Assembly: GCF_040938485.1 (NCBI RefSeq)
Contig: NW_027270917.1
Coordinates: forward strand, 6,820,001 to 6,884,000
Reading direction: 5' to 3'
DNA from: Diadema antillarum
Taxonomy: Eukaryota
Length of the DNA stretch: 64,000 nt
Shown: piece by piece, positions 10,153-21,611 of the stretch
Numbering within the stretch: position 1 is the first letter of the stretch
How the letters are laid out: each line of letters starts with the position of its first letter
The notes under the pieces: generated by a model
Told to the model about the DNA's origin: nothing
The model's database searches: none
Seen by the model: only the letters and a program-made list of their open reading frames with translations
Translations under genes and position numbers: made by a program

Positions 10153-10385
10153 GATGGTGTTGCCGATGAAAGCCGCGTCCGCATGACCATTCGGCAGTTC
10201 ATCAGCCTGAACCACGACCGGACGTTCAGCGGCCGCGCAGTGGCCCGCATTCTCCAGGGCATTCCGAGCCCGTGCTACCCGGCCCAGGTGTGGGACGGGA
10301 TCGTCGTTTCTGGAGGAGCCACATTGAGATCGATTTCAGAACCCTGGTCAAGATTGCCAATGAAGAGGTGCTTCGGATGAGATGA
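10153..10385 (+). CDS. RECQL4: RECQL4 terminal coding exon with apparent 1-nt deletion at 10292-10294; restored tail [32 protein letters not shown]
   Basis: CAG acceptor 10150-10152. IRQF...[23 protein letters not shown] is in frame, then RDRRFWR continues in a shifted frame to TGA 10383-10385. As written the ORF stops at 10378-10380. Confidence 0.92.
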
Positions 10386-11430
10386 CGGACGTTCGCTAAC
10401 ATCTGAGACACTGGTGCTGTGATTGCATTGATAATAATGCCTGGTACATAGCTAACCTTGAGTAATCAAAAACTGTTGGACTGTAAGGCATGGCTGGGAT
10501 ACATGTGATGATTGATTCACAACTGACTTTGAAATATTCTCAGGGCTTCCATGTGAAATTGAGTTACAAGAGGCTGTCTGTGATGATTCATTTTTTCATT
10601 TCAGATTTTGAATGTCCTCCAACTCTTGTAAAGTAACATCCTGCTTCAGTCAGATAGTCTGTCAGTCAATCAATCATCATTTGATTATTGATGGATTCAT
10701 TCATTGATATTTTCTGTCATTTCTCCACACAATCATGAATTAAATGATCCTTGTTACAGAAGTCATTACTCATTGAAGTTTTCCAACTACATAAGCAGTC
10801 TCAAAGAAGGGAATAAGTAAAGAACATGTTGGAAAACAGTGGCTTCATGACTAAGACATAATTTAGGGACAAACAGTATAATACAGGGTGATGGAAAGGA
10901 AAAGAAATTGTCAAATATTTACTGATGTATTTTCAAAGTGAACAGTACTCCTTTTTCCTTCAAGTATGGAATTTTCTGAACCATATGAGGGCAGTATGAA
11001 TTATAGCAACCAGTGACTGAACACAGTTAAAATACATCACAATACAGACTACGACTTCCGGTAATATCTATAAGTATGATATGTTTGAAATGACCAGAAT
11101 TCTGTAATAAGGTGAGGTAGTGATTTTCTTTTTGTTTGATCCCACTTGTGCCACAACCGATTTCTCTTCCGATTTTAACGCAACTGATCAACAGGCATCA
11201 AAACAAATTCCCTCTGATACTCTCATATTCATTTAATAAAATCCCCCAAACACTGAGTACTTGTATTCACATTTTTATTATTATTATTTTTTCTTAGTGG
11301 TCGGCAATTCTCAAAAGTTTCATGTCAATGAAAAAGCTGTTGGCTCTAATTCGCAAAAGTTTCATGGCACAAATATATCTAGTTTTGCAGTAAATGGTAG
11401 GGGATACATACCTGTTTTTGATTTTCATCA

Positions 11431-12503
11431 TTAAAGGACAAGTTCACCTTCATGGACATGTAGGTTCAGTGAATGCAGCAATATAAGTAGAACACATCAG
11501 TGAGAGTTTGAGGAAAATTGGACAATCCGTTCAAAAGTTATGAATTTTTGAAGTTTCTGCTCAGCCACGGCTGGATGAAAAGACTACGATAACTTGTGAT
11601 GTCACATGTGTACAACGGTATAATGAAAGAATAAAGAAAATTCAACATATTCCCATTTTTCTCGCATAGCACAAGAACACTCAACTTCTCTCTTTCAGAA
11701 GACAGGGGGAATAATATTACCCTTAACTCTTTATGTGCCGTAGTGGAAACCCCCTGTGTGCCACGTTATTCTGGGACACGAAGGTAGACATACTTTGAGA
11801 AAGAATTCTGTTTTTCCAATTTGTATAACTTCTACAAATTTCTGTTAAGCTGGACATAATAGTGAGCAAAGTTTAGAGGAATGCCAAACTTTGCTTCGAT
11901 ATAAATTGTATGACAAATCTATTTTCAATTTTTCTTTTGAATGACCAGTTTGCTACATTACTGTAAAGGCATGACTTTTGCTTATAAAACCGTGAGAGAA
12001 ACTTAGAATGTACATGCAGATCTGGTTAGGAACACCGCTTGATAGTCAATCACCACATAGAATGCAAGCCGTATGTGAGAGGAACAAAAGCGCGTGAAAC
12101 GCTTTGATTGTACCGCAGGATTAGCGATTTATCAATTCGGTTTTGGCGGCTTTATTTGTTGAGCAGAATATGCGAAGTTGGCACGCCGTCGACTGAGTCG
12201 GACGTGCGAACGTGGCACATAAAGAGTTAACATACTTCAGTAACAAGTTGAAGAAATTTGCACTTTATTCAAAAAGTTAAATTTTGTGAAATTCTCTTTG
12301 TTATTTTCCTTATATCGTTGTACGCATGTGACATCATACACTGTAGTAGTCTTCTCATCCAGCAGTGACTGCGCAGATACTTAAAGAATTTAATAACTTT
12401 TGAACGGATTGTCTGATTGTCCTCAAACTTTCACTGATGTGTTCTACTGATATTGCTGCATTCTCTCAATCCTTATGTACATGAAGGTGGACTTGTCCTT
12501 TAA
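11431..12503 (+). mobile_element. Family D long-TIR (foldback-like) Kolobok-like element, TTAA|AGGACAAGTTCACCTTCAT...ATGAAGGTGGACTTGTCCT|TTAA, interrupted by a nested element
   Basis: TTAA at both ends; imperfect inverted arms over 200 bp; an uninterrupted copy at 51356-51920. Confidence 0.85.
11723..12230. mobile_element. Family F piggyBac-like non-autonomous element nested in family D
   Basis: TTAA 11723-11726 and 12227-12230; perfect 13-bp TIR CTCTTTATGTGCC. Confidence 0.85.
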
Positions 12504-12617
12504 GTGTTAACCAACTGTCTTTCTCTCCCAATATTGTCACAAGTTTTAACACCTAGGTTATAAGTTCTTGAGTATTCGAGAGAATTTGAATTTTATATAT
12601 GAATATCTTTATTTGCA

Positions 12618-12623
12618 AATAAA
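12618..12623 (+). promoter_or_regulatory. Candidate polyadenylation signal (AATAAA) for RECQL4; alternative at 11235-11240
   Basis: Hexamer downstream of the stop codon. AATAAA is common in AT-rich DNA, so support is weak. Confidence 0.2.
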
Positions 12624-14314
12624 AAGATTAACAATGCATTTGCATACACTACAGTATGTAATCCTGACTTCAGTTTTGAGTAATGGCATGCTCAGCAGTG
12701 CAAACATTTCGATTCAAGATGATTGAGATAGGATTGTTTGCTCTCGCTGTTATAATGCCCCCTCCACCTTTGTCCATACTTTTAGTGGATGAATCCACGT
12801 GTTGTCTGCTTCAATACATTGAAATGTGCATCATTGGAAGGAGGGATGGACTGAGGGGGTCTAAATAAACCAGTGTATGCCCCGTAGTTGACATAAATCA
12901 CCACCTTCTCATATTGTGTTGTCTTATTTCTTAATCAAGACCAAAGTTGAAATGTGTAGAGTTATACATGCACATGAAGTCTGTTCACAGGCTATTCAGT
13001 AATGTAGTCTTGCCACGGTAGGGTTGTAAGTTAAATATACAAAATACAATATCACACGCACACACATGCAGACACACATGCAGAGCAGTACCCTCAATGA
13101 TCTGTGGGGTAAAACTTTGTTTGTTCTCATTGTTCGGTGTATCCTAATAGTTGGTTTGGGTTCTTTCTTTTTTTTTTTGACCCTGTTTGATGTAGTAAAG
13201 CCATCCACTGTAATGTATATTCCTCCCATTGTCTACAAGGTAGCCTTCATAAGCACACAAACACACACACACACACACACATGCACGCATTTACATCTAT
13301 TAGCAATGTTACTGTTTTCTCAGTCGTGTAGTGCCTAAAGAAAAACGCCTCAATGTCATGTTTTAATTTCATTTCATATTTTTTACAGGATACTTCATGA
13401 GGTGATCCATTAATTATTTTACTTCAAATTAAGAAACATGACCAAAAGAAGTAAAAGTGTTTCTGGAAAATCTCACAATTTTCGATATGTTGGGAGATTT
13501 CTTGCTCACAACGGCTAGATTCAGGACATTCAGCTATGTCTACTGGTCCACAAACTTTGAAGGTCACGAAAGGCTTCATGCACACCGGGAGATTTTATCT
13601 TCATTTCTGTTTGCTTTGGTTATGGTGTATGTTGAAATGATAGCAGTAAAAAGCACTCCAGTTAAAGCCTGCCTTGTATCAGCTGATAAGCTTGCTCATT
13701 CTTGGTATCAGGGTAAATAACTTCGGGGTATGTGCTGGCATCTTTTGAAATAAAGGAATCCATAGAGCACGATGGGTATGCATTGTTATTTGGACGTGAG
13801 TCACAGGGGGTAAATAAGTGGAGACAAATTACACCCAGATATATTTAACTCTCTTGTCTTATTAAGATCAAGTGATTTATTTGCTGCTCTGAAGAATGAG
13901 TTCAAATAGGAAGATATTTCCTCAAAATATTTTGTGTTGCTCCATGGGAACATGTTTATGGTGCAGATAGAGAACAGTGAATGCAATAAAGACTTCCAAC
14001 AGTTCTCGCGTGCTACTTCTGACGAAAATGAAGCTGATCTTTTCTGCATTGTTGCTGATTTGAGGCATTCATACACTTCAAATGATTCTTGGCATACCTT
14101 ATTATTTATTGACGACATCATCTGTAAGCATGCTGCCCTAAGAAAAATAGGCCAATTTTTACCCTCGATCACAGTCAAATGCATATTCTGAGATTTACCG
14201 AGGCTCACATGGATTTTGCATGACCTGGTAGCCTACGTCAATTTATGCAAATGTTAGCATGGTGTAGTTATCATTTGTTTAAAAGGAAGTGATACTTAAA
14301 TATCAGTTATCATT

Positions 14315-14640
14315 TGGACTGAGTGAATGTAGAGATGTTAGCAGAACACATCAGTGAAGGTTGAGGAAAACTGGACATTCTGTTCCAAAGTTATGAATTT
14401 TTAAAGTTTCAGTACCACCGCCAATAGATAAGATGACCACAACTATTTGTGATGTCACACTATGACAATGTTGTAAAAGAAATTATAAAGAGTTTTGACG
14501 TAGTTTAATTTATCCAGCATATAAAAGAGCGCTTGGCTCACCTGTTTCAGTGGGCAGGGGGAATGAATACAGCATATTATGATAGTGACAGTTATCGAAT
14601 TTTCTTTTAATATACATATATATTTGGATTTCTTTGCCCT
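14315..14640 (+). mobile_element. Truncated, diverged copy of family D
   Basis: GAACACATCAGTGAAGGTTGAGGAAAACTGGACA...AAAGTTATGAATTTTT shared with other D copies. Confidence 0.7.
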
Positions 14641-14880
14641 TTATGATATTGAATATGTTGATCTTTTAAAACAATGTGGTACAAGCTTGAAGAACAACCC
14701 AAAAACTGCTTCATCAGAAGCCTGTTGTCATTGAGAATACAAATGGCTCAGCTTTTAAAGAAACTCAGCTTTTAAAGAAAGCAGTCGTCTCAAAGGGTTA
14801 CCAGGGTCAGTTTGCTCTGAAGGCAATGCTTCTGACGGACCATCATCAAACCACAAACCACAAAGAATAGAGTCAAACCA

Positions 14881-15290
14881 TAATAGGCCCGTTCACACAC
14901 AACGGAAATCGAAATTACAATCGCGATCCAAATTTCGATTTTTTTTTTCGACCGTTCATACACAGGGTAAAATCGCACTTCGCAGCAAGGAAAGAATGAT
15001 CAGTGGCCAAATCGCGCATGCGCGAAACTCGCATGACCGAAGACTCACCCCGCAGTCCCAATAGCGTTTCGTGCGCGCGCGATTCAAAGAGACTCGATTT
15101 TGTAAACAAGCAAAATAATCGCGATTATTCTGAAAAATCGCACTAATAGTGCGAGTTGGATCGCGATAAGGATCGCGGTAATTAGTGAGATTTTTCTGTC
15201 CACACACGAAAAAATTTCGAAAATTTGATCGCGATAAGAAAATCGATTTTTAAATCGCACTTTTTCCCTTGTGTGTGAACGGGCCTATTA
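14881..15290. mobile_element. CpG-rich palindromic MITE with TIR GGCCCGTTCACACACAA, TA-flanked (Tc1/mariner versus PIF/Harbinger unresolved)
   Basis: Perfect terminal inverted repeat TAATAGGCCCGTTCACACACAA / TTGTGTGTGAACGGGCCTATTA; internal AAATCGCA/TGCGATTT repeats. Confidence 0.85.
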
Positions 15291-16639
15291 TCTTCATTTC
15301 TGGACTATTAAATGCTTATTTCACACAAAGGTATATTGTTTCAACTCTTCGTGGTACTGTGTTATTCAGTGAATATCAAGAGATTTTTTTTCTTTTTGGT
15401 GGGTTTATTGTGTGATTTTTGCCTCACATGTTTTGGTCAAGATGCTTCAGTTGTATTATCAAATGTCAAGAACCAATAATTCTATGATTGGTATTTTGCT
15501 GCTGCTGTTGTTGGAAATTACTTCTCTAAGTTTTTTTTTTTAAAGAATATCAATTAGACAGAAATGAACAAACATTTAATTTGGAAAGCACCCAGCTGAG
15601 ATAATCTTGTGAAATACAGAATGAGCTGGAGAAATGCAAGAAGAAGATGAGCTTCGTTGGAACTCAGCTTTTGCTCCTTCTGGCTTCTGAGGTGACATGA
15701 TAGCGTGCAGAGTGTGTTGACACAGACCTAGGCCTAATCTCAGCAAAGAGATAGAGCAAAGATAAAATATCCAGGAGGTCTCTATGTGTGTTTGCGGGGT
15801 ACATCGTAAACCCTCCGATACGTGTATTTGCAGAACCATTACCTGCCTTTTTTTTTTTCTTTCTTCTTTTTTTGCTGTGCCATGGTGCATCATTAGCCCC
15901 GATGTGGACGAGTCTTCTTTGGGATAATATAGCCCGGAATTGAAATGTTCAGTTGTCTTATCCAGTGCCTATGTTAAGGTTAAGTTGTGTGCAACCTTTG
16001 GTTGTGGATTCAGACAGTTTGGAGATGTATGATTATGTATTAACTCTGACTTGCTGTGTATGTCAATCAGTGGAATCAAATACTCTGAGCTGACTTTTAC
16101 AAACTCCTTGTAAAGCGATTTATCTATTATTGGTTCTTCAGAGAATTAAGCTCTTGGGGATGATGATTATAAACCATACTTCCAAATCAAAGTACATGTG
16201 ACTCCGTAAGAAACCATGCGAAGGAAATCTGGAGTGTATGTACCCTATCATCCACAGAATTCTGCCTGGCGTGCAGGGAATTTTACACTTTCCTAGCATT
16301 CCATATGCTTATCTGAAAAATGCTAACATCTACCTTCCTCAGTTTGTTTCACTTTGTTGGAATGTGACAATTTGAAAACGAGTTGGCTTGGAGGTGGTTA
16401 AGCATGGTTGATTTTTAAGTGGGGGAAAACGAAATGACATCATTAATTCAAACTGAAAAGAGGAGTTTTCCAGGAGCAAAAATTCATCTTCGCCTGATTG
16501 TATCATGATTTTGAATTAATTTGAAAGGTTGCTTTCGTTTTAGCATCAAAAGGATTTTTTCGGTTACCAAGAAGCCAGACCATGTTGTGCAAGCAAACTT
16601 ATGAAATGAAACGGGAAGTCGGGCTTCTTGAATGTGACC

Positions 16640-16735
16640 TACAGAATGGATACATCACGCAGATTCTGAGCGTACGTATAACAGATGCATGACGTCTCGG
16701 ATCATCGCACTTAGGGGTGATGTATCCATACTGTA
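16640..16735. mobile_element. 96-bp TA|CAG...CTG|TA MITE (Tc1/mariner superfamily type)
   Basis: TACAGAATGGATACATCAC versus GTGATGTATCCATACTGTA, 1 mismatch in 19. Confidence 0.75.
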
Positions 16736-17927
16736 GACCATTTTCGGGAACCAAGGGGTTAAGCAGTGCTCACTGGTGGCTGGTGATAAATCAACAGCCA
16801 TTATCATAACACTGTTTGCACTGCAACCGTCTTAGGTACCCCTTCAAAAATGGGCAAAAACTGCAGTATGTTTGCACTTGAGATATTAGTCTGTTTAATG
16901 ATTAATTGGTGCCTCGGCGAGGAAGGTTAATATTTCAAATGACTGATGGCGGGTGATGGAAAATATTACTTTGATATTCAAGAATTAATTTTTGTGGAGC
17001 GAATACCTGGTGTAACAAGCAATTCAATTCAAAGATGGTCTTTTATGGACTGTTGGTGCGTCACTTATGAGAGGAGAGAGAGAGTGAAGTGGTAATCTTG
17101 CTTGAGTATATCAGGATATAATATACACTGTACAGAATATGGACACCATTTAACATTACCCCTGTAAAGTGGATTTTTGAAGAAATCCCATAATTTCAAC
17201 AAGATGGACCAACCCAAAGTGTTTTCGATGGAAATCGCTTGCAGAAACTGGCACACAGTGTCGCAAGACAGAAGTTACATCTAAAATGAGAAATATGCCA
17301 GAAGAAACCCATGCTTATTAATGTACTTTCCCATGCCTCAGACGGCATGAGCCTCATCAAACTCCAATTTCTCCGTAATGTTCATAATGGTCTTACAACA
17401 GTGAATGTATTGATATGAATTGAACTGAATTAAATTGTGCATATATTATTCACATGGAAATTTGGCTCCTCTCCTGTTTATCTTTTCTTTTCTTTTCTTT
17501 TTTACAAGGCCTCGAAAATAATACATTAGTAAATGGCAGGTAATCATTATAATGTACAAAAATACACACACATGTTCATGAAAATGTGTGACATACTTCT
17601 ATATAATGTTCTGAAGGTACACATATAAATGTGTTAATTGTGAAGCAACGTCGATCAGCAGTCAATGAGATAATGAACGCCCTGTAGATCAGAAAACAGA
17701 CCTTTGATTATTAAATTGTAAGTTATCATGTGTGTTCAAAAAGGGGAATGGTAACTGTTTCTGTGATTTGAGGTTGCTTGATGATTGACTGTGCTTGTGT
17801 TTGATTGATGGAAAAACCTTCATATTTCTCATTCCTCATGTGCAGGATGAAATTTAACCCTTTTGTCCTGAACATCCAACAGCCATTCCTTTTGATTCAC
17901 CAAACCACTTGCAACCATTAATAAATG

Positions 17928-17929
<2 letters not shown>

Positions 17930-17981
<52 letters not shown>
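17930..17981. repeat. (GT)n microsatellite
   Basis: Directly visible. Confidence 0.97.
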
Positions 17982-17982
<1 letters not shown>

Positions 17983-18026
17983 AAATAGGTTGGATTTAGA
18001 TATAATGTACAGGAGGGTATGGATAG

Positions 18027-19115
18027 TTTTTGTCCCCGCCGAACGAGTTCGAGCAGGGGACTATGAAACGGGCTCCGTACGTGTGTGTGTCCGTGTGTCC
18101 GTCCGTCCGTCCGTGTGTGCGTCCGTGTGTGATCAAAATGTTCAAAATGCTACTCCTTCGCCATTTCTAACCCGATTTTGATTTTGTTTGCTTTATATGA
18201 TAGCACTACATGGGAGCTTTGAAACGTCTATACAGAATTTCAGTCGTGACCTTTGACCTTGACCTTTGACCTATATTGTACATTTTGCTTCAAAATGCTA
18301 CTCCTTCGCCATTTCTTACCCGATTTTGATTCCGTTTGCTTTATATGATGGCACTAGGTGAGGGCTTCAAAACTTCTACACAGAATTTTGACCTTTGACT
18401 TCTTTGACCTTTGACCTTGATTTTGACCTATATTGTACATTGCCTACAAACATTTCTAACCCGATTTTGATTCCGTTTGCTTTATGTGATGGCACTAGGT
18501 GAGGGCTTCAAAACTTCTACACAGAATTTTGACCTTTGACTTCTTTGACCTTTGACCTTGATTTTTGACCTATATTGTACATTTTGCTACAAAATGCTAC
18601 TCCTTCGCCATTTGTAACCCGATTTCAATTCCGTTTGCTTGAAGTGATGGCACTAGGTGAGGGCTTCAAAACTTCTACACAGAATTTTGACCTTTGACTT
18701 CTTTGACCTTTGACCTTGATTTTTGACCTGTATTGTACATTTTGCTACCAAATGCTACTCCTTCGCCATTCTAACCCGATTTTGATTCCGTTTGCTTTAT
18801 GTGGTGGCACTAGGTGAGGGCTTCAAAACTTCTACACAGAATTTTGACCTTTGACTTCTTTGACCTTTGACCTTGATTTTTTTACCTATATTGTACATTG
18901 GCTACAAAATGCTACTCCTTCGCCATTTCTAACCCGATTTCGATTCCGTTTGCTTTATGTGATGGCACTAGGTGAGGGCTTCAAAACTTCTACATAGAAT
19001 TTTGACCTTTGACTTCTTTGACCTTTGACCTTCATCTTTTTACCTATATTGTACATTTTGCTACTAAATGCTACTTCCGGCGGGGACATATATTACGCAC
19101 CGCGTAATTTCTACT
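18027..19115 (+). mobile_element. Helentron-associated non-autonomous element (HINE / DINE-1 / pearl-like) carrying a tandem array
   Basis: 5' subTIR TGTCCCCGCCG (18031-18041) followed by a partial IR; (GTCC/GT)n microsatellite; 3' subTIR CGGCGGGGACA (19078-19088); hairpin ATTACGC-acc-GCGTAAT (19092-19108); T-rich flanks. Confidence 0.85.
18143..19077 (+). repeat. Tandem array, about 6 units of 140-159 bp (mostly ~157 bp)
   Basis: The TACTCC of AAATGCTACTCCTTCGCC recurs at 18151, 18299, 18598, 18756, 18913 and partially 19072; one unit has a deletion. Confidence 0.92.
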
Positions 19116-20884
19116 TTTCCTTGTTTTCTATTTGTTTTACCTAATTGGTTTTGCAAAATTAGGTGTTCACTTTGTTTGATTTTACATCATTACCTGATCA
19201 TGGTATTATGGTATTAACATCATGAAACGTTTTTTTAACAAGTTGATAAGCACAAAAAAAAAGTCCAGAGTTGATTCGTGTATTTTGTTAATACATTCAA
19301 AGCAACTGTATAAGATTAATTTTTAAAGCAATTTCGTGAATTTCATTTTGATCATATGGAATCAGAAAACAAAAATTACTGAGAAGAAAAAAAAAATATA
19401 TGTGTGTGTGCATGCATGTAATTACGTTTGCGTCCATGTCTGTGTTTATGTCTTTGCCTGGTTTCAGATTGTCTCTACGTCAATCTAATCTGGGAAATTA
19501 ATTTCAATCCATTTGTCTAAAATAATCCATTAAAAATTCAGGGAAAATTAATTCTACTGCTGCATTCTGTGAGGAGAGGTTGACAGTGCAAGAAACCTCA
19601 ATGTGCTAATGGGATGATCCCTCACAGACTATGTGAGTTAGTTGTCAGTTTGCATCATAAGTACATGCACATGTAAATGCAATATGCAATATGCAATAGG
19701 TTTGAATATGTCTCATTATCGCAATTCAGCCGGTCAGGTTGTGAAAACGAATAAACTTTTGAATTGAACTGAAGTAAACTATATGTGTGCTTTTATTTAT
19801 TATATTAAGTTGTTTATTTTATCATCTGTTTCATGAATACTACAACAGAATTTGACATTACTGAAAAGGGATATAACATCTAAAAAGTAAAACAATTATA
19901 GCAGAAAATATTGTTCAAGCTTTGTTTTCTATCATTGTATGTAACAAAGTCATAAATATATCGAAGGTTTTTTTTTTTGAAAGCCAATACATTATGAAAA
20001 TATCTAATTGGTCTTGTTGGTGGTATCCAGGCTGTTCTTATTTGTTGTTAAGTATTGCCATGTGTGAAAGTGAAGAGTGAATGGTACCTCAGCCTATTCC
20101 ACTAGAAAAGTATTTGATGTACTTTGCTGGTAGTTTATGTCAATTTCTGGCAAATATATTCAGCATATGGCTGAAAATGTATAAAATACATGTATTCTGC
20201 AAATAGAAAGAAGGAGTTTTTGATGGACACTTCATCTTTCAGCAGTTATATTTGATAATAATTACAATTGTGTGTTTCCCATGAACCCATATGATTTTAT
20301 TACAGCGTATTGATAATTTTATGATAGTGTTTTTGGAGAGTTTGTAGGACATAGAAAACTGCCTAGACAGATGAACTACCAGTTGGTTGTGAGAACATAC
20401 TTTCTTTATATGGGTTTCATAATTGACAATGCAGAACTTGAGCTCTACAAAGACTCAGAAGAGATGTGGAAATAGTGTGTATGGAGCAAAGTTGCTTCTA
20501 AGCCAGACCAGCTGTTAGTCATATATTGAACATTGTCACTTCTCTGTTAGTTGTCTGGTTTCACTTTCATGCTCTACATATCCTTTCATCAGTGACATGA
20601 AAAGTTTGGTCTGCAAATCTTGCATCCCATCATTTCAGAGTGTACTGAAATCAAACAAGCATCAAAACAAATCACAAGGTTGATTGAACTTTAATATCTT
20701 CATTTGTTTCCATAAAAGACCTATTAAAAAGTGACATAGCACAGGAGGTTGAAGTTGGGGTTTAAACAGAGCAGAATCAAACAAACAAACAAAACAGTCA
20801 TAATTTCAATAAAAGCAGAAAAAAGGTAGATAGTTTTAACAAGTTTAAAATCTCACTGTTTTTTTGAAAATTGATAACCATCAC

Positions 20885-21270
20885 AGTCATGATTATGCAA
20901 ATTAGGTGAAGTAATGTTGTCATGACTTCTCAAGTCTCCTATTGGCTGTCACACATGATTTGCATTAAATTCTCTTTGTATTTGATTTGATTGAAATAGG
21001 TAAAAACAGCATCAATCCCGATGTAGACTTGTAACAGTCTAGCATTGTTGATATATATGAGGGAAAAGAGCCATTTGCTGAACTATTGACAGAAGAATGA
21101 TAATAATTATGCAAATTAGGCAAAGTAATAATGTCACGACCTTTCAAGTCTCCTATTGGCTGACACACTTTGCACTAAATTCTCTTAGTTACATGATTTA
21201 CTTTAAACAAAAAATAGAAAAACAGCATCAATCCTGTTCTAGAGTTGTAACAATTAGCAACGATGACTAT
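20885..21270 (+). repeat. Diverged direct duplication, period ~214 bp, each unit with ATGCAAAT and ATTGG
   Basis: ATGCAAAT at 20895 and 21109; CAAGTCTCCTATTGGCTG in both units. Confidence 0.8.
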
Positions 21271-21421
21271 GTAAAGAGGAGAAAAGTTATGTACTTGCTA
21301 AATCATTGATAGAAAGCATATTTTATATTCATCACATTTTTGTGTACAAACCAGTGTGAGAGTTGTGAGGTGATAACGTAATCACCATTGCTTGCCTTCA
21401 ATGTCATGTGACTGTTACTGG

Positions 21422-21611
21422 TACAGTGGACTCTCGTTATAACATAGTCCTCGAAAAAGACAGTTTTCTTTCAGTATATCAGGAATTCTTTATAACCGAA
21501 CAGTAAGGTATAGAAAGAAATATACATTTTAATTTCTGGACCTGAATTTTTCCTCTGTTGTAACAAGAATTTTCGTTATAAATGTATTCGTAACATAGGA
21601 AGTACACTGTA
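21422..21611. mobile_element. pogo/Tigger-like MITE, TA|CAGTGGACTCTCGTTATAAC...GTACACTG|TA
   Basis: TA flanks, CAGTG termini, CGTTATAAC subterminal motifs. Confidence 0.65.

Noticed and set aside
10285-10320. CAG|GTGTGG as a donor for a tiny intron that would explain the frameshift
   Set aside because: The next AG is about 27 nt away, lacks a pyrimidine tract and would delete the conserved RDRRFW residues. A 1-nt deletion is simpler.
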